A DNA stretch of 63,933 nucleotides, filler included, from Blastocystis sp. subtype 4 (lineage: Eukaryota), in assembly GCF_000743755.1 (NCBI RefSeq). It is 9 parts of 9 records of this genome, joined end to end, with 100 filler letters (N's around TTAATTAATTAA, not from the genome) between each part and the next. Parts side by side here need not be neighbours in the genome. Positions count along the whole stretch, not along the records: positions 41,581 to 53,085 come from NW_014569094.1; positions 53,186 to 58,871 come from NW_014569093.1; 7 more parts are not named here. One strand, given 5' to 3'. The notes under the pieces are model-generated. The model worked only from the letters and a program-made list of their open reading frames with translations. It was not told where the DNA came from and searched no databases. The translations under genes and the position numbers were made by a program. Positions 41,665-55,127 of this stretch are shown here, piece after piece (position 1 is the first letter of the stretch; every line of letters starts with the position of its first letter).

Positions 41665-42412
41665 TTATTTGACATTGTTACACTTGGTTTCTTCATGGAT
41701 CTTCTTACAAGAGTAACTACAATACATCGAACCACAAGTCTTGCATCGATATACTGCTTTATTCCTGGTTGTTAAGAAGATTTAGTTACCAATAATAACA
41801 GGATATCCACAAATGCCACAGAAACGACGAGGAGGAAACTGACTTGCTCGACTTGCAGCTGAAACATAACATGGACTTCCTGTCGCTTCTTTCATCAATT
41901 TCTATCCCTCACTCAACAAAACCACAACTACATCTTGAAATACAACCTTTGCAAACCTTAGCACAGGTAATACATTTCTAACAATTCAAGAGACAAATCC
42001 ATGTCTACGAGGATTGTGTCTTTACCAAGTCCTTCCTCCTCTTGTTTCGGATTTTTAAGTCCTAGTACATCAATTTCCTATTCATTTCCAACATCCTCTT
42101 TTTCATCATACAACTCTGATTCATTTACTGTCTCTTCTTCATCGTAATTATCACGTTCCAAAGCTTCCAGTCGTTCATTCAGAATCTTCGATTCAAGAAT
42201 CCTTACAACAAGTACTTGTTCTCTAGTAATATTATCAACAATATTCGTATTCTTTGTTGTTGATCTCAAACGAGATGTCCATTTCTTCTTCTTTTCAACC
42301 ACTCGATGACCACTTGCAGACATTGCTGCATCCCACTCAGACTTCCCTGTTCGACCCATCAAGGTCNNNNNNNNNNNNNNNNNNNNNNACCTGTGACAGA
42401 AATCGAGTCCAT
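41665..42412 (-). CDS. ZNHIT1: ZNHIT1/Vps71/Swc6 zinc-finger HIT protein (SWR1 complex subunit)
   Basis: RLEALERDNY, YVSAASRASQFPPRRFCGICGNKAVYRCKTCGSMYCSYSCKKIHEETKC; needs an AT-AG intron; small N gap near the start. Confidence 0.88.
41765..41806 (-). other. U12-type intron, AT-AG termini, 42 nt
   Basis: 5' ATATCCTG, branch TTCTTAAC, 3' CCAG; neither nearby GT donor restores the frame. Confidence 0.8.
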
Positions 42413-42571
42413 TTGAGTCGAAACAGGATTTGGGTTTGGGATTTTAGTCCTTCTTGTCCCAATTCCTGTATAATTCTAGGCTTATTGAGCGAATTTAAAG
42501 AATCCTCGAAATCTCTCTATCTGCTTCCTTTTTGGAGGGATTACTAGGACCATAGACTGTGTGCATTGTTG

Positions 42572-44932
42572 ATGCCATCAAGAGATACGAGAGGAACCAT
42601 GAACAACTCTTGTTCTGATCCCGCTGGTTGGGTAGATACAATTGAAAGAAAGCAGGTAGGATCGTTTTCTGTCTTCATTCTAATACGATTGTAGTTACCT
42701 AAGCAATATGACTCTCTCCTCCAAATCTTGTCAAGTGTTCAAAATGAGATATTGAAGAGACAACATCGTTCTGATACGATTTCCTGTACCTCGTTTCTGC
42801 CTGTCGTTCAGAGTCTTGTGACTCCTTCTAAAGATCTCCGACGGTCTTCTCATTTCCGGTCCCATTCAAAACAGAGGAAATCTACCTCTGTATCAACTCC
42901 AAAGTCTCCAATCTACTCCGATACTAGTTTTGATGACTCGACTATGTCATCAGCCAACTTATCAACTCCCTATGTAAAGATGGAGCCTGTTTTCCAGTCG
43001 TATTCAGTTCCATCCAAGTCATATTCGTCTGAATACTCTATTTCAGTCAAATCAGAACCCATTTCTGTAAAACAAGAAGAGTCTGTATCTCAACTCAATG
43101 AATTGAAATCTCCTCAGGTATGTGTGGATCTAATTGTCAATGAATAGACTCAGGAAGAGCAATCTGAACTTGAAACCGTTACTCCATATGTATCATCTCC
43201 TAGTAGTGAATCTGGAGTGAGTTCTCAACCCCTTTCTGTCTCTCCTTCAATTCTTTGTCATTCATAGCTTGATTCATATGTTGATGTGTCTCCTCCTCAG
43301 ATCTATCGTCAGGCCCTTGAAGTGATCCTGACTGTAGCCAGTATGGGACAACATACTGAGCGTCAGTTGCTTCAATGTTGTGAAGAGTATTTGAAGCAGT
43401 ATCCTCTGTCCAAGAGTACTACAACTCATGTGAATATGTGTTCATTCTATTACGTAGATTCATCTTCTTCTCCCTCAACTCTGTCATGTCTTACGTTATC
43501 TCGGTATTCTCAGTCCTTGTTCGTNTCCCTCTTCAGAAGCTACAGAAGAAGAGAATTCTGAATTCCTTTCCACCTTTGGAACAGCTGAACAAGAAGAATG
43601 GCCTGTGGGAGTACCTGGTGAAGCTGTTTCTCTTGCTCGACAAGGGATTCTGGGTGAGGCGAATTGGATGGGAGACAACGTCAAATCTGTGCTCTATAAG
43701 TGGATTGGTCGAAGAAGTGCTGATTGGATACGGGATTCTGAACGAACTCCTTCAGCTCCTGCAAGTATGATCAATAGTTCATTTGAAGTGTAGATTCTCT
43801 GTTAGAGGCAATGCATATGCCTGCTTATGCTACAACACTCATCACTTCATCTTCAGCCATTGCTTTCAATGTCCTTTCATCGTCTCTTCTTCATCTCTAG
43901 AATGAATCTCAGACCCTTCCTGAGTCTCTTATTCAACTCCTTCGTGATCCATCTCTTTCTGTCCAGAAACTAGAGCAATTAGATCCCACACTTCAGGATC
44001 TCTTGTATCACTCTGATATTTCATTCATCCTAGATTTGCTTTCATCTTCAATCGTTCGTATCATTGGTCCCAAGCTCCTTCTGTCCCCATTTCTCAATCC
44101 TCTGTAATGGGTGATCGTTCACTATTGAAACAGGCTCGAGAGATTGGGTCTATTCGACTACATGTGAACCAGAAACAATTGGAGGAGGTGATGCGTGGAT
44201 CAGTATGGAAGAATCAACATGAAGCTGCAAATGTGCATGCTGAGTTAGATGGACTGAGACAGAAGGAACAACAATTATGGAGACGATTCTGTGGTCGATT
44301 TGGAGTGNNNTATGAAGAAACAACTGGCTTCACATGATCGATTGAGGCGAATGGAGAGTGGATATGAGAGCAAGACTCACAGTCAGCGTCATGAAGGATC
44401 CAGACGCTCTGTGAAGAGTCGAGAGAGAGATGATGAGAGGCGACGTGAGTGTAGTTGATGGAAGTGATAACTAGGATTGCGATTGTCTCGTCCTCTGGAT
44501 TCTTATGAAGAAGGACTTCGTCTGTTCTCTCAACCGTAGGACTTGGATTGATGAGTGAATGATAGAATTCAATGGATGGAAGTAATTGAGAATTTCACTC
44601 CAGTTCGCAAATCCAAACCTCTCTTGTCATCTACTCCTTCTCTTCAAGCATCACCATCTGCAAGTGTTACTGAACCTGAGACAAAACATGTAACAATTCC
44701 AACAGTACATCGTGTGACAAGGAAACGACCTCATGTGACTCAAAAAGAGCGAGAAGAACGGAAAGAGGATCCTGTGAAACGGAGGAAGATGGAAGAAGAA
44801 ACAGCTTATTATCTGAAACTGAACACAGCAAATCTTCAGAAGATGAAGGATCATTTAGAAGCAGTGAAATTGAAACTGAAAGAACTGAAAGAAAAGAAGA
44901 AACAGAAGGAGAAAATGAAGAAGAAGTTCTGA
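42572..44932 (+). CDS. Hypothetical protein, Ser-rich N-terminus and basic coiled-coil C-terminus
   Basis: Chain of + strand ORFs separated by about 30-nt GT-AG introns; contains ambiguous bases; no recognised family. Confidence 0.55.
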
Positions 44933-45081
44933 GGTCTGTTTATGTTCTATACCATAGAATCGATTTATTCATTTTGTTTGTTATCTTGTCAACAGATGAC
45001 GTTGCGAAGAATGACGATGACGAATACCCAAGAATACACACATTCCCGTGGAACAAATGAATCATTCATTCTTTCCTTAAT

Positions 45082-45449
45082 ATGAGTGATTTGCAAGTAT
45101 TACTGATTGTAATGGTAATAACAGTATAGAAGAAGTTTGAAGAAATTGCTGAATTCGTTCGTTCATGGCATCCTGCTAAGACTGTATCTAATGAAGATAA
45201 GTTGGCTGGATACTCTCTATTTAAACAAGCTACAATTGGTGATTGCAATATTCCTGCACCTAGTATGTTCAACTTCACTGTGAGAGAGAATAACGGATTG
45301 TAATAAGTAGGAAAAGGCTAAATGGAATGCCTGGAATGAATTGAAAGGTATTATTTGAAAAATGGTTGTGAAAGATAGGAATGTCGAAAGAGGAAGCAAT
45401 GCAAAAGTATATCGATTGTATCGAAGCTGAGAAGGTGAAGTATGCATAA
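45082..45449 (+). CDS. ACBP: Acyl-CoA-binding protein (ACBP/DBI)
   Basis: Spliced ...[48 protein letters not shown]...; three introns; TGTTTGTT at 45456. Confidence 0.95.
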
Positions 45450-45695
45450 TTGACGTGTTTGTTGAGTGATTTTTGTTGATACGGGAAACAATGATATGAT
45501 TGAAGAACTGAGAATGAAAGGAGATCAATTAGAATGGAATTCCAAATCTTATTGTATTCTTCTTTACGTTATTATCATTCACTCTCCATTCTATAACATT
45601 TCAATTGATTGTATCAATTCATCCATTCTTTGGGACATTTTCTGTCACTTCTTTTGGGCAGCCATTATCTTCTTTAATTCAGCATATTGGTTCCA

Positions 45696-46747
<1,052 letters not shown>

Positions 46748-46761
46748 ATAAATATGTTTGT

Positions 46762-47079
46762 TCAATGAAAGAAACACTTGTACTTCTGTTCTGTAGTCTG
46801 TTCTTCTAATACTCGTTCTACAATACTCTTTGTTTGTTCATATTTGAATACACATCGATCCATACAATTATTCACTCCCACTTGATCATTGGGATCCACA
46901 CTTGAAGCATGACATTTCTTTGAACACATGGAAATCATTCTAGTTCATTCATAGAATCAAATCAATCAATACCGTTCATAGAAGTCTTTCACGATTCTTG
47001 CTTCTTGAATTGCTTCATCCACTTTCTCTTTGTGAACTACATCCTCATTCTTGGAAAAACCAAATAGAGAACTAAACAT
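46762..47079 (-). CDS. Small Tim chaperone, Tim10-like (twin CX3C)
   Basis: FYERMISMCSKKC...NNCMDRCVFKY; one intron; true stop probably made at 46782-46781 by polyadenylation. Confidence 0.85.
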
Positions 47080-47332
47080 GACAAATGTCTAGTCATTTCA
47101 ATTCTCTCTCATTTTATTCTATTTCTTTTTTGTGTCCCTTAGTCTATTTCTTTTCATATTCATTTCCATCAGTCTTGTTTCTTTCTCTATTCCATCCTAT
47201 CTCTTCTATCTCTATATCTTGACCTTTGAAATCGAATGATAGTAATTGAACTAATAATGGGATAATCAATGACTCATTCTCTTCTTCTGGAATTCCAGAA
47301 TTCATTCTCCACTTTCATGTACCAATATTTCA

Positions 47333-48930
47333 ATGAATATGAGATTCACATTCATATCTCTATTTCTAATCNTTCTTGATATTGTTTATTTGAATCGATA
47401 GAACGAACATTATCAATGCAAATCGGAATACAAAGTTCCAACAATGAAGTGTTCTTTAGAGTTCTTAGAGACATTTCAAGGTGATAGTAATGAAAGTGGA
47501 AAGTGGATCTACAGTTATCATCGGGAATATGCTTCACAGTCTTGGATATGGGGTTATGGTTTTGTGAAGCCGACTTTGGAGTGTGATAAGTCATTGATCA
47601 CTGAAGTTCCTGCATCGAAGTATGGTATCACGTCATTCTTTGATAAACCCATTGATAACTGGGATAAGGATTTCATTCTGCAATATGAAGTTCGATTTCA
47701 GAAAGGACTAGAGTGTGGAGGAGCCTATTTGAAAATCTTGCGTGATGGTACGATTGAAGTTCCTGAAGATCTCACCGAATCCACTCCTTATGTGTTGATG
47801 TTTGGTCCTGACTACTGTGGAACTACGAATCGGGTCCATCTGATTATTCCTCACTACAATCCTATTAGTGGTGAATGGGAGGAAAAGAAACTAGTGGGAG
47901 GTCCTCAGATGATTGTAGACACACTCACACATCTGTACACACTCATTATCCGTCGAGATGGTTCTGTTGAGATTCTCATCGATCAGATCAATAAGTTCAC
48001 AGGAACTCTTCGTGATGATTTCCAGCCTCCCTTCTCTACTCCTGCTGTTCGTGTGAATCCTTTTGTTCATCTGTAGACTATTCCTGATCCTAATGATCAC
48101 AAGCCGGCAGATTGGGTCGATAAGGAACGAATCATCGATCCAACGGATGTGAAACCTGAAGATTGGGATGAAACGCAGCCCAAGTACATTCCTGATGAGA
48201 GTGCAGTGAAACCGACGGATTGGTTGGATGATGAACCTCTTCAGATCCCTGATCCAACAGTTGAAATCCCTGAAGACTGGGATGAGGAAGAATATGGTCC
48301 TTTTGAAGCTCCTATGATTGAGAATCCTCGTTGTCAGGAAGTGAGTGGATGTGGTGTATGGGAACGACCAATGATTCTGAATCCATTATATCGAGGTCCT
48401 TACACATATCGCACTATTCCTAATCCTGCTTATAAAGGACCTTGGTTCCCGCGGTTAATTCCTAATCCTGCCTATTATGAAGAGAAGCATCCAGAACGTT
48501 TACCAGTGATGAAGGGAGTTGCAATTGAGATCTGGACATTACAAGAAGGAATCGCATTTGATAATATTCTGATTACTCATGATGAGCGTTGTGCTGAGGC
48601 TTTTGCTGATGCCACTTTCCGGATCAAACGACAACGAGAACTGGAAGAACATCCAGAGATTGAGAAGCGTAAGTATATCCCTCGAGCTGANNNNNNNNNC
48701 CAAAGGAGGAGAAGTGGGTTGGAAAGCGTCGAGCAAGAATGAGTCTGGCTGCATATGTGAATATGATGATTGATAAGGTGATGCAATGGGAGTATGATGA
48801 GAAACGATATCAGTTGGTGGAATGGTGTTTGATAGGAGTTGGGATTAGTGGAGTTGTGTTGATTGCTATTGTGTACTATAAGAACAGAGATTTCTTACAA
48901 AAGGTTAAGCTTGTTTTGTCTGTTTGTTGA
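47333..48930 (+). CDS. CANX: Calnexin
   Basis: [31 protein letters not shown]-domain repeats [29 protein letters not shown]-terminal TM; stop probably made at 48916. Confidence 0.94.
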
Positions 48931-49199
48931 AGGAATAGTTGAAGAATAGGATTGATTCTTAGAACAATGCTAATTCTTTGAATTATCTCTGATTATCATT
49001 TTGAGAATGAACTTATGATTACTATCAAAGAACTGATTCACACCTATCCTATTCTGACTCACTTTCTGATATTGGAATCATTTCTTATTCAATTTGAATG
49101 TACTAACAATCCTCTGGTTCATTCTCATTTCAACAAACATATCACAAACTACAATTCATTCAAAATAAAGGAAAGAGAAGATTCAAGACTTGGGATAGA

Positions 49200-51477
49200 T
49201 CAAAAGATACCAGTCACATAAAACTGAAAACAATCATACCAATGAGTGGTCCAACTACCAATAGCTTGTTCAATAAGCTTCTTAGCACATTCTTCAGCTG
49301 ATCCTACTGGAGACAGTCTCTGAATAAGAGCAAGAAGGGTTCTTTGAGAATCATCTAGTTCTTACCACTACAATGCTTACCATACTTGAAAAACAAGGTA
49401 AGTCAGGATACTCCATTGCATACAGTTTCACAATTGACAGAATTCGAGACTTATTCTGACATAGCACTCGATAGATACTTGTCTTCAAATCATTCATCAA
49501 CTCAGCACTTACACAAAGCATCTGAAATAGATAAAACCCTGCTGTTCCTGGAGCTCCAATCAATTGAATCTACATGGAAAAACAACTGAATTCCTACCAT
49601 ATCAGAGGTTATCTTAAAAGGAGCTGTTTCAAATCGAATATTTCCAGGTGAGTAAGATTAAGGAGAGAATCAGGAAAGGATTATTAGGATATGTTTGAAA
49701 GAAGGAAACCAAAGTCAATATGAACCAGATTCCCATGACGATCAATCAGAATCTTTCTATCATCCAACACAAATAGCATACATTCCCATCATTCCGATCT
49801 TTCACTTGTAAGACGTAACATACAATTGAATAAGCAGCAAGAGAAGTAATGAAGTTTCTTCGAAATTTCTTATATGCTTTTGGATGATTCGTAAACACAT
49901 CATTAAAGTAATCCTAGTCATAATTCCATCAATCATAGTTCTACACCAATACTATCATATCCCCGTGGTTTTATGGATTTCCTCAATTCATGAAGAGACA
50001 CGAAATCATCGAGATATTCCAGAATTCCATTATTATTTGTGATGGGAGTTACATTGTATGTATGAAGATTGGAAGGAATATGATTCTCTTTAATGATACT
50101 GGCAATCTAGATATCATATCCCACACATATTATGACTTCTGCAATGAGAACAGATGCCATCTCCTCCTGTCTCATGAAATCATTTGTCTTGATCAATACA
50201 CGCAAATGCTTGGCAACAGGTTTCATAGACAGTGGAGTACGAATTGTTTCTTCTTGTTTTCCACACACATAAATCACACTGTCTTCTTCTGAATGAGGAA
50301 ATGGTGATTGATCAAATGAAGTCACTTCCTCTAGATTCCGAGGGAGTTTCAAAAAGTCAGTAATCCAAGACCACATTGATGACTGAGAAGCAACTACTGG
50401 ATCTGGGTCCTCTTCTGGAAGGATTGGAAGAGCTGGAGACTCTTCATTATCACTTTCAATCTCAAAGTCAAAGACACAAGGACATCGAGATTTCGTTGAT
50501 ATGACTCGACAATTTGAAGTGAGAATTCGTTTGATCTATGTCAAATAGGAAGCAGATGAATCACTTTCATTCCATTACCTAATGGCATCCATACTGAGCC
50601 AATTGACTGCAAAGTCATTCGATTCATAGTATCACATTGTTCTTCAAAAATCCGTTGTCTATCACTTAGTGGAGATGAATACAAGAAAGTGGATAATGAA
50701 AAGAGAGTCTATGATTGTGCTTCAACAATAAAACTACATCAAAGAATGATATCGTATTATTGAGGAGAGTAGTGAGTGGATGAATATCACTGTTTATTTC
50801 CCATTCTTGAAAGTGACCCGAAATATGATGTGAACATAACAAGCGAAGCTTCTGTAAGAAGAGATAGTTATCCTTCTTAAGTCTTTCATTCCAGTTTATC
50901 TACATGAAAGAGATTCATTTGACATACAGTACAAAAGAAGAGAACCGATAAGGCTAAAGGAGGATGATGCTCACAACATTCAAACAAGAAAAGTCTCAGT
51001 AATTCCTATATCATACAATTTGCTACTCATATACTCGATTACGACAACTGTTATCACCAGCCACATACATAATCTCACGAATATGTAACTTGATAACATC
51101 CTCTGTTAGTATTTCAGTGAAATGAAAGTTAAAGTCAACAGACTCACTATAGCTAGATCTAATCATACCAAATAAAGCAAAACAGATTCCGAAATAGTGT
51201 GAGGTATGAAGGAGATGATAAACTCTACATTAGAAGAAACAAATGCCCAACACCTTATCATCAAAGTATCGAAGCCATTCAGGACATAGAGAAGCTTTTA
51301 TCGACTGTCTAAAATTGAAATGATCATAATATCAAACTCTGTTGTAACATCCTCAACAACAGGAAAGAAACAACTACTGAAAGACATGAAAGGAAGAAAA
51401 GTGCATTATTTCATAAATTCATTGGGATATAGTATATATCCTACAACTATGTCATTACTAGTCATTCTCATATCCAT
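49200..51477 (-). CDS. Phosphatidylinositol 4-kinase, type III beta/Pik1-like
   Basis: [73 protein letters not shown]-terminus [13 protein letters not shown]; start approximate. Confidence 0.85.
49652..49692 (-). other. U12-type AT-AC intron, 41 nt
   Basis: 5' ATATCCTA, branch TCCTTAAT, 3' TTAC; removal joins GFLLSN to [13 protein letters not shown]. Confidence 0.88.
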
Positions 51478-51586
51478 TACTTGATATTTCTTCAATGAAT
51501 AGTATTTGAAGAAATAAGACATTTCTTGTGAAAATATTCGTTCCACTAACNNNNNNNNNNNNNNNNNNNNNNNNNNNNNAACAATA

Positions 51587-52968
51587 CTATTCTGCTAAGA
51601 CTGCTACTTTTGTAGCAGATTCATTAATAAGAGGAGAGGCAGTTGGTGAAACATGCACTTCTGTTGTAGGTACAGCAGGCAATGTAGCTAGTACAGCAGG
51701 TGTAATACCAGTTGTTAAAGCAGGTTGAGGAGTCGCTTGACCAGCTATGCATCGAATATCTCGAACCATATCCTGAACCATTTGTTCAAATGATGTTTTG
51801 GGATTACGTTCCATGATATCTTTCTTCCATTCAGTTTCAAAGGTAGTTCGCATCTGAGCACTCAACCCATCCATCAACTCTTTGAAACACTCTTCCATAT
51901 CTGCACCAGGAATTGATATCTTTTCAACATATTCTTGTATGTGATTAGCAATATATGTGTTTAGTGTTTTCTCTAATTCAGGTTTCATCAATGGAAGCAC
52001 ATAATCATATGCAAGACTTGATAGTGAATTCACAATATGAGACCTCACACTTTCCACCACATCTGGAGAGGAGAACGCCATCATCATGTTTAAGTCTTTA
52101 AGCTTATCAAAGACACGATTAGCACATTTCTCACTACCACTCTTCATATCTTTGAGAAGCTCCTTGAAGTATGCTAAACGATCTACTTGTACATATAGAC
52201 GTTTGAATCGATCTGCAAACTCTTCAATCATCTCCACTGTGAACTGAGTCTTTGCCACCTTCCACAACTGTTGTTCAATGTACTCAATAATCTCGTCAGT
52301 GCTCTCACTACCAATTCCATCACCAATTTCATCAAAATTCTATTCCTTATCAAAGAAAGACAAACCAACAATATCATCATCTCCTAGAATCAAATCGTCA
52401 AAATCCTTAATCTCTTCTTGGTGTTTTGCTAATTGATCATTCAAGTTTTCAGCATCTTTAAGGTAACTACAATCACAAACCAAAATCTAATATACTCCTC
52501 ACTGAGCTTTACGACAGCAAGTACATCCTTCATCTGCATTGTTAATTCCATATTCTCTATGTTTTGAACTATAGTACGAATTAGTTCAAAGACTTTATCT
52601 CGATATTGCTAAAAATGAATAAAAGAACATGGTAATACAACGTAACAACCCAAAAGCTTATTTGCATGCACATACTGCTTGAGAGAAGCCTTTGTCTCTA
52701 AAACAAAAGCTGTTCATGAAATATACCTGCTTCTTCATTTTGAAGTCTATACTCTTTAGCTTGTTGTTTGAATTGCCTTTTCTCAGTCGTCAGACTCTCA
52801 ATTCTATCAATAATAACAGAATAACAATTAGTACTTCTTTGTATATTCTTGTGCCTTATCTTCAAGAGTTTCATGAACTTGTTTCAACTTCACAAGAGTA
52901 TCCTCTCCCTTTTCCAATGCATTCTTCACATTCTTTCCTCCACAAGATGTACTGATACTATTGCCCAT
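51587..52968 (-). CDS. Myristoylation-motif coiled-coil protein, ESCRT-III (Vps20/Snf7)-like N-terminus with a long C-terminal extension
   Basis: MGNSIS start; LVKLKQVHETLEDKAQEYTKKIESL...AKEY...ASLKQY...IENMELTMQMKDV helical pattern; exons join ORF 51587..52267. Confidence 0.5.
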
Positions 52969-53085
52969 AGAATAATATCAATTCAATCATTAACTGAATG
53001 AAGTCAGTTGTGATTGTGGGATCCCAAATCTGAGTATTCTTAGTTATCTAATGAGTATTGATGGATACTAGAAACAAAATCTGTG

Positions 53086-53185
53086 NNNNNNNNNNNNNNN
53101 NNNNNNNNNNNNNNNNNNNNNNNNNNNNNTTAATTAATTAANNNNNNNNNNNNNNNNNNNNNNNNNNNNNNNNNNNNNNNNNNNN
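53086..53185. other. Artificial contig spacer
   Basis: N44-TTAATTAATTAA-N44. Confidence 0.98.
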
Positions 53186-54819
53186 GTTGAATAAACAATG
53201 AATTGTAGTTCATTTTGATGACTTAAAGAATCAGTAGGAATTGAATTATCCTGAGAGATTAGTCCTAAGGATTCTAATCGATTTCTAGTGATGATAAGGA
53301 TTTACTATACGAACAAAAGAGAAGGGTTTAGATGAGTAGTTTGTTCAGTTTGAATTGATTCAGAGAGAGCATTTGATATAGGAGCTGAATCAGTTTCAGG
53401 TTCATCAATACGTGAGAAGAGTTGTTGAAGTGATTGAACAACTTGATCTTGAATTCCACTTTCATCAATTGGGACAACCACAGTTTGAGGTTCATTTCTA
53501 TTCAATACAATCACCACATCACCATCATTAAAACCAGATCGAATTCGATTACTCATACCTTCACAAGGATCTTCTTCTTCTCTTGAGATAGAAGGAATAG
53601 GAGGAAGAGAAAGAGAGGGTTGATGAATAGGAGGTCCTGGAGGAATATGATTTCCTTCTCCCATGAATGTTAGAAGTGCTGAAGCATCTCCACTTAAACG
53701 ACTTACTCGATCAAGAAGAGGAGCCAATTGGCGATATGCTTCATTACGACGTTTCTTCCATGTCTCTTCATCTTCTTCATTACTTCGTCGTGTTGCCATT
53801 CGAATTGAACTCCATACAGAATCCACAGCAGTACCAATTGCATTTAGAATAGCAGATTCATCTTCAGGACCAGTTGGTTGAGCATCTCGACTCCAACTCA
53901 CAACATCAGGAGAAAGAGAAGAACGTTCTTGACAATGACGAGTATGAGTCCTGAAAGGAGCAAGTCGAGGTGAATTCTACACTCAATCGAATTCATTCAA
54001 TCATACAATATGAATCCATTCGTCCCATTTGTCAGGCCAACCATTGTAATGAATGTAGACATAAGTTCCATTCACTGCAATTACTGTTGCTTCTAACCAT
54101 TTCGATACAGTATCTAAAGCATCCACCCATTGACCCACGAAGAACCGACGACTTCCAAGAGGACTTATACTTCCTTCACTCCATACTTCAACAGGTTCAG
54201 GACGATAATCAGTAGGAAGACGAAGAGTCGAAACATAGGTATTGAAAGTCAAAAGACCTTGTCGAAGAGACTCAAGTGTAGTTCCAGGAGGATAATGAAG
54301 AGAATCACCTTCATAAGGTAAACGAGCTCCTTCAAGAGTAAGAAAACGTTGCCAAGAAAGTGAGTAACTAAGAGTAGAAGAAGTTGATTCAATAGATGAT
54401 ACTAATCGATTTCGTTCTTCTAAAGGAGGATAAGAAGCTATATTCAAGAGAAAGAAAGAGACTTACAAGAAGGACTATGTTCAGTTTGAAGTGTAGGAAC
54501 AATTTGAATAGTTGAACCATCTTCAATATGATAACTAGAATTGAGAAAGAAGAGTAAGTATGAACTCTTGAAGTGTTTTAGTATCTTCATCAAGTAATTG
54601 ACCTAAATAGATTAATCGTTGATTTTCAGGAGTGATATGAAAGAGAGTATTGATTGAAGACTTGAGATATTGAATTGTCATATTCTATATGATAATGAAT
54701 TATATTGAATTGATTCTTACTTTTGAAATACGAATAGAGAGTGTTTGATGTTCTACATCGACTCTTACTAAAGTAATACTGATTCGATTAGGATCATCTG
54801 AATATACTTGTTCAGGCAT
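53186..54819 (-). CDS. Ubiquitin-like domain plus Tudor/MBT-like (Royal family) domain protein, 3' end missing
   Basis: ITPENQRLIYLGQLLDEDTKTL...IEDGSTIQIV (Ubl); VGQWVDALDTVSKWLEATVIAVNGTYVYIHYNGWPDKWDEWI. Confidence 0.72.
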
Positions 54820-55127
54820 GAATGAAATGAATATATATTAGAATTGATGATATTGAATGATTGATGAAATATGAATTATTTATGTAATTGTAAAAGAAGT
54901 ATATGAATTGATTTGAATTGTGAATTGATTGAATAGAGTAATATGAATGAATTGATATTGAATATTGAATATTGGAATAATAGATAGAATTGAATATGAA
55001 AGTATTGATATGAGTGTTTGTAACAAAGAAAGATTCAAGAATAGTTGAATTGAATCAATTGATAAAGAAGAGAGTGAATAGTGAAATCAATTGATTGTGA
55101 TTTGATATTGATTGTTGTTTAAGTAAG

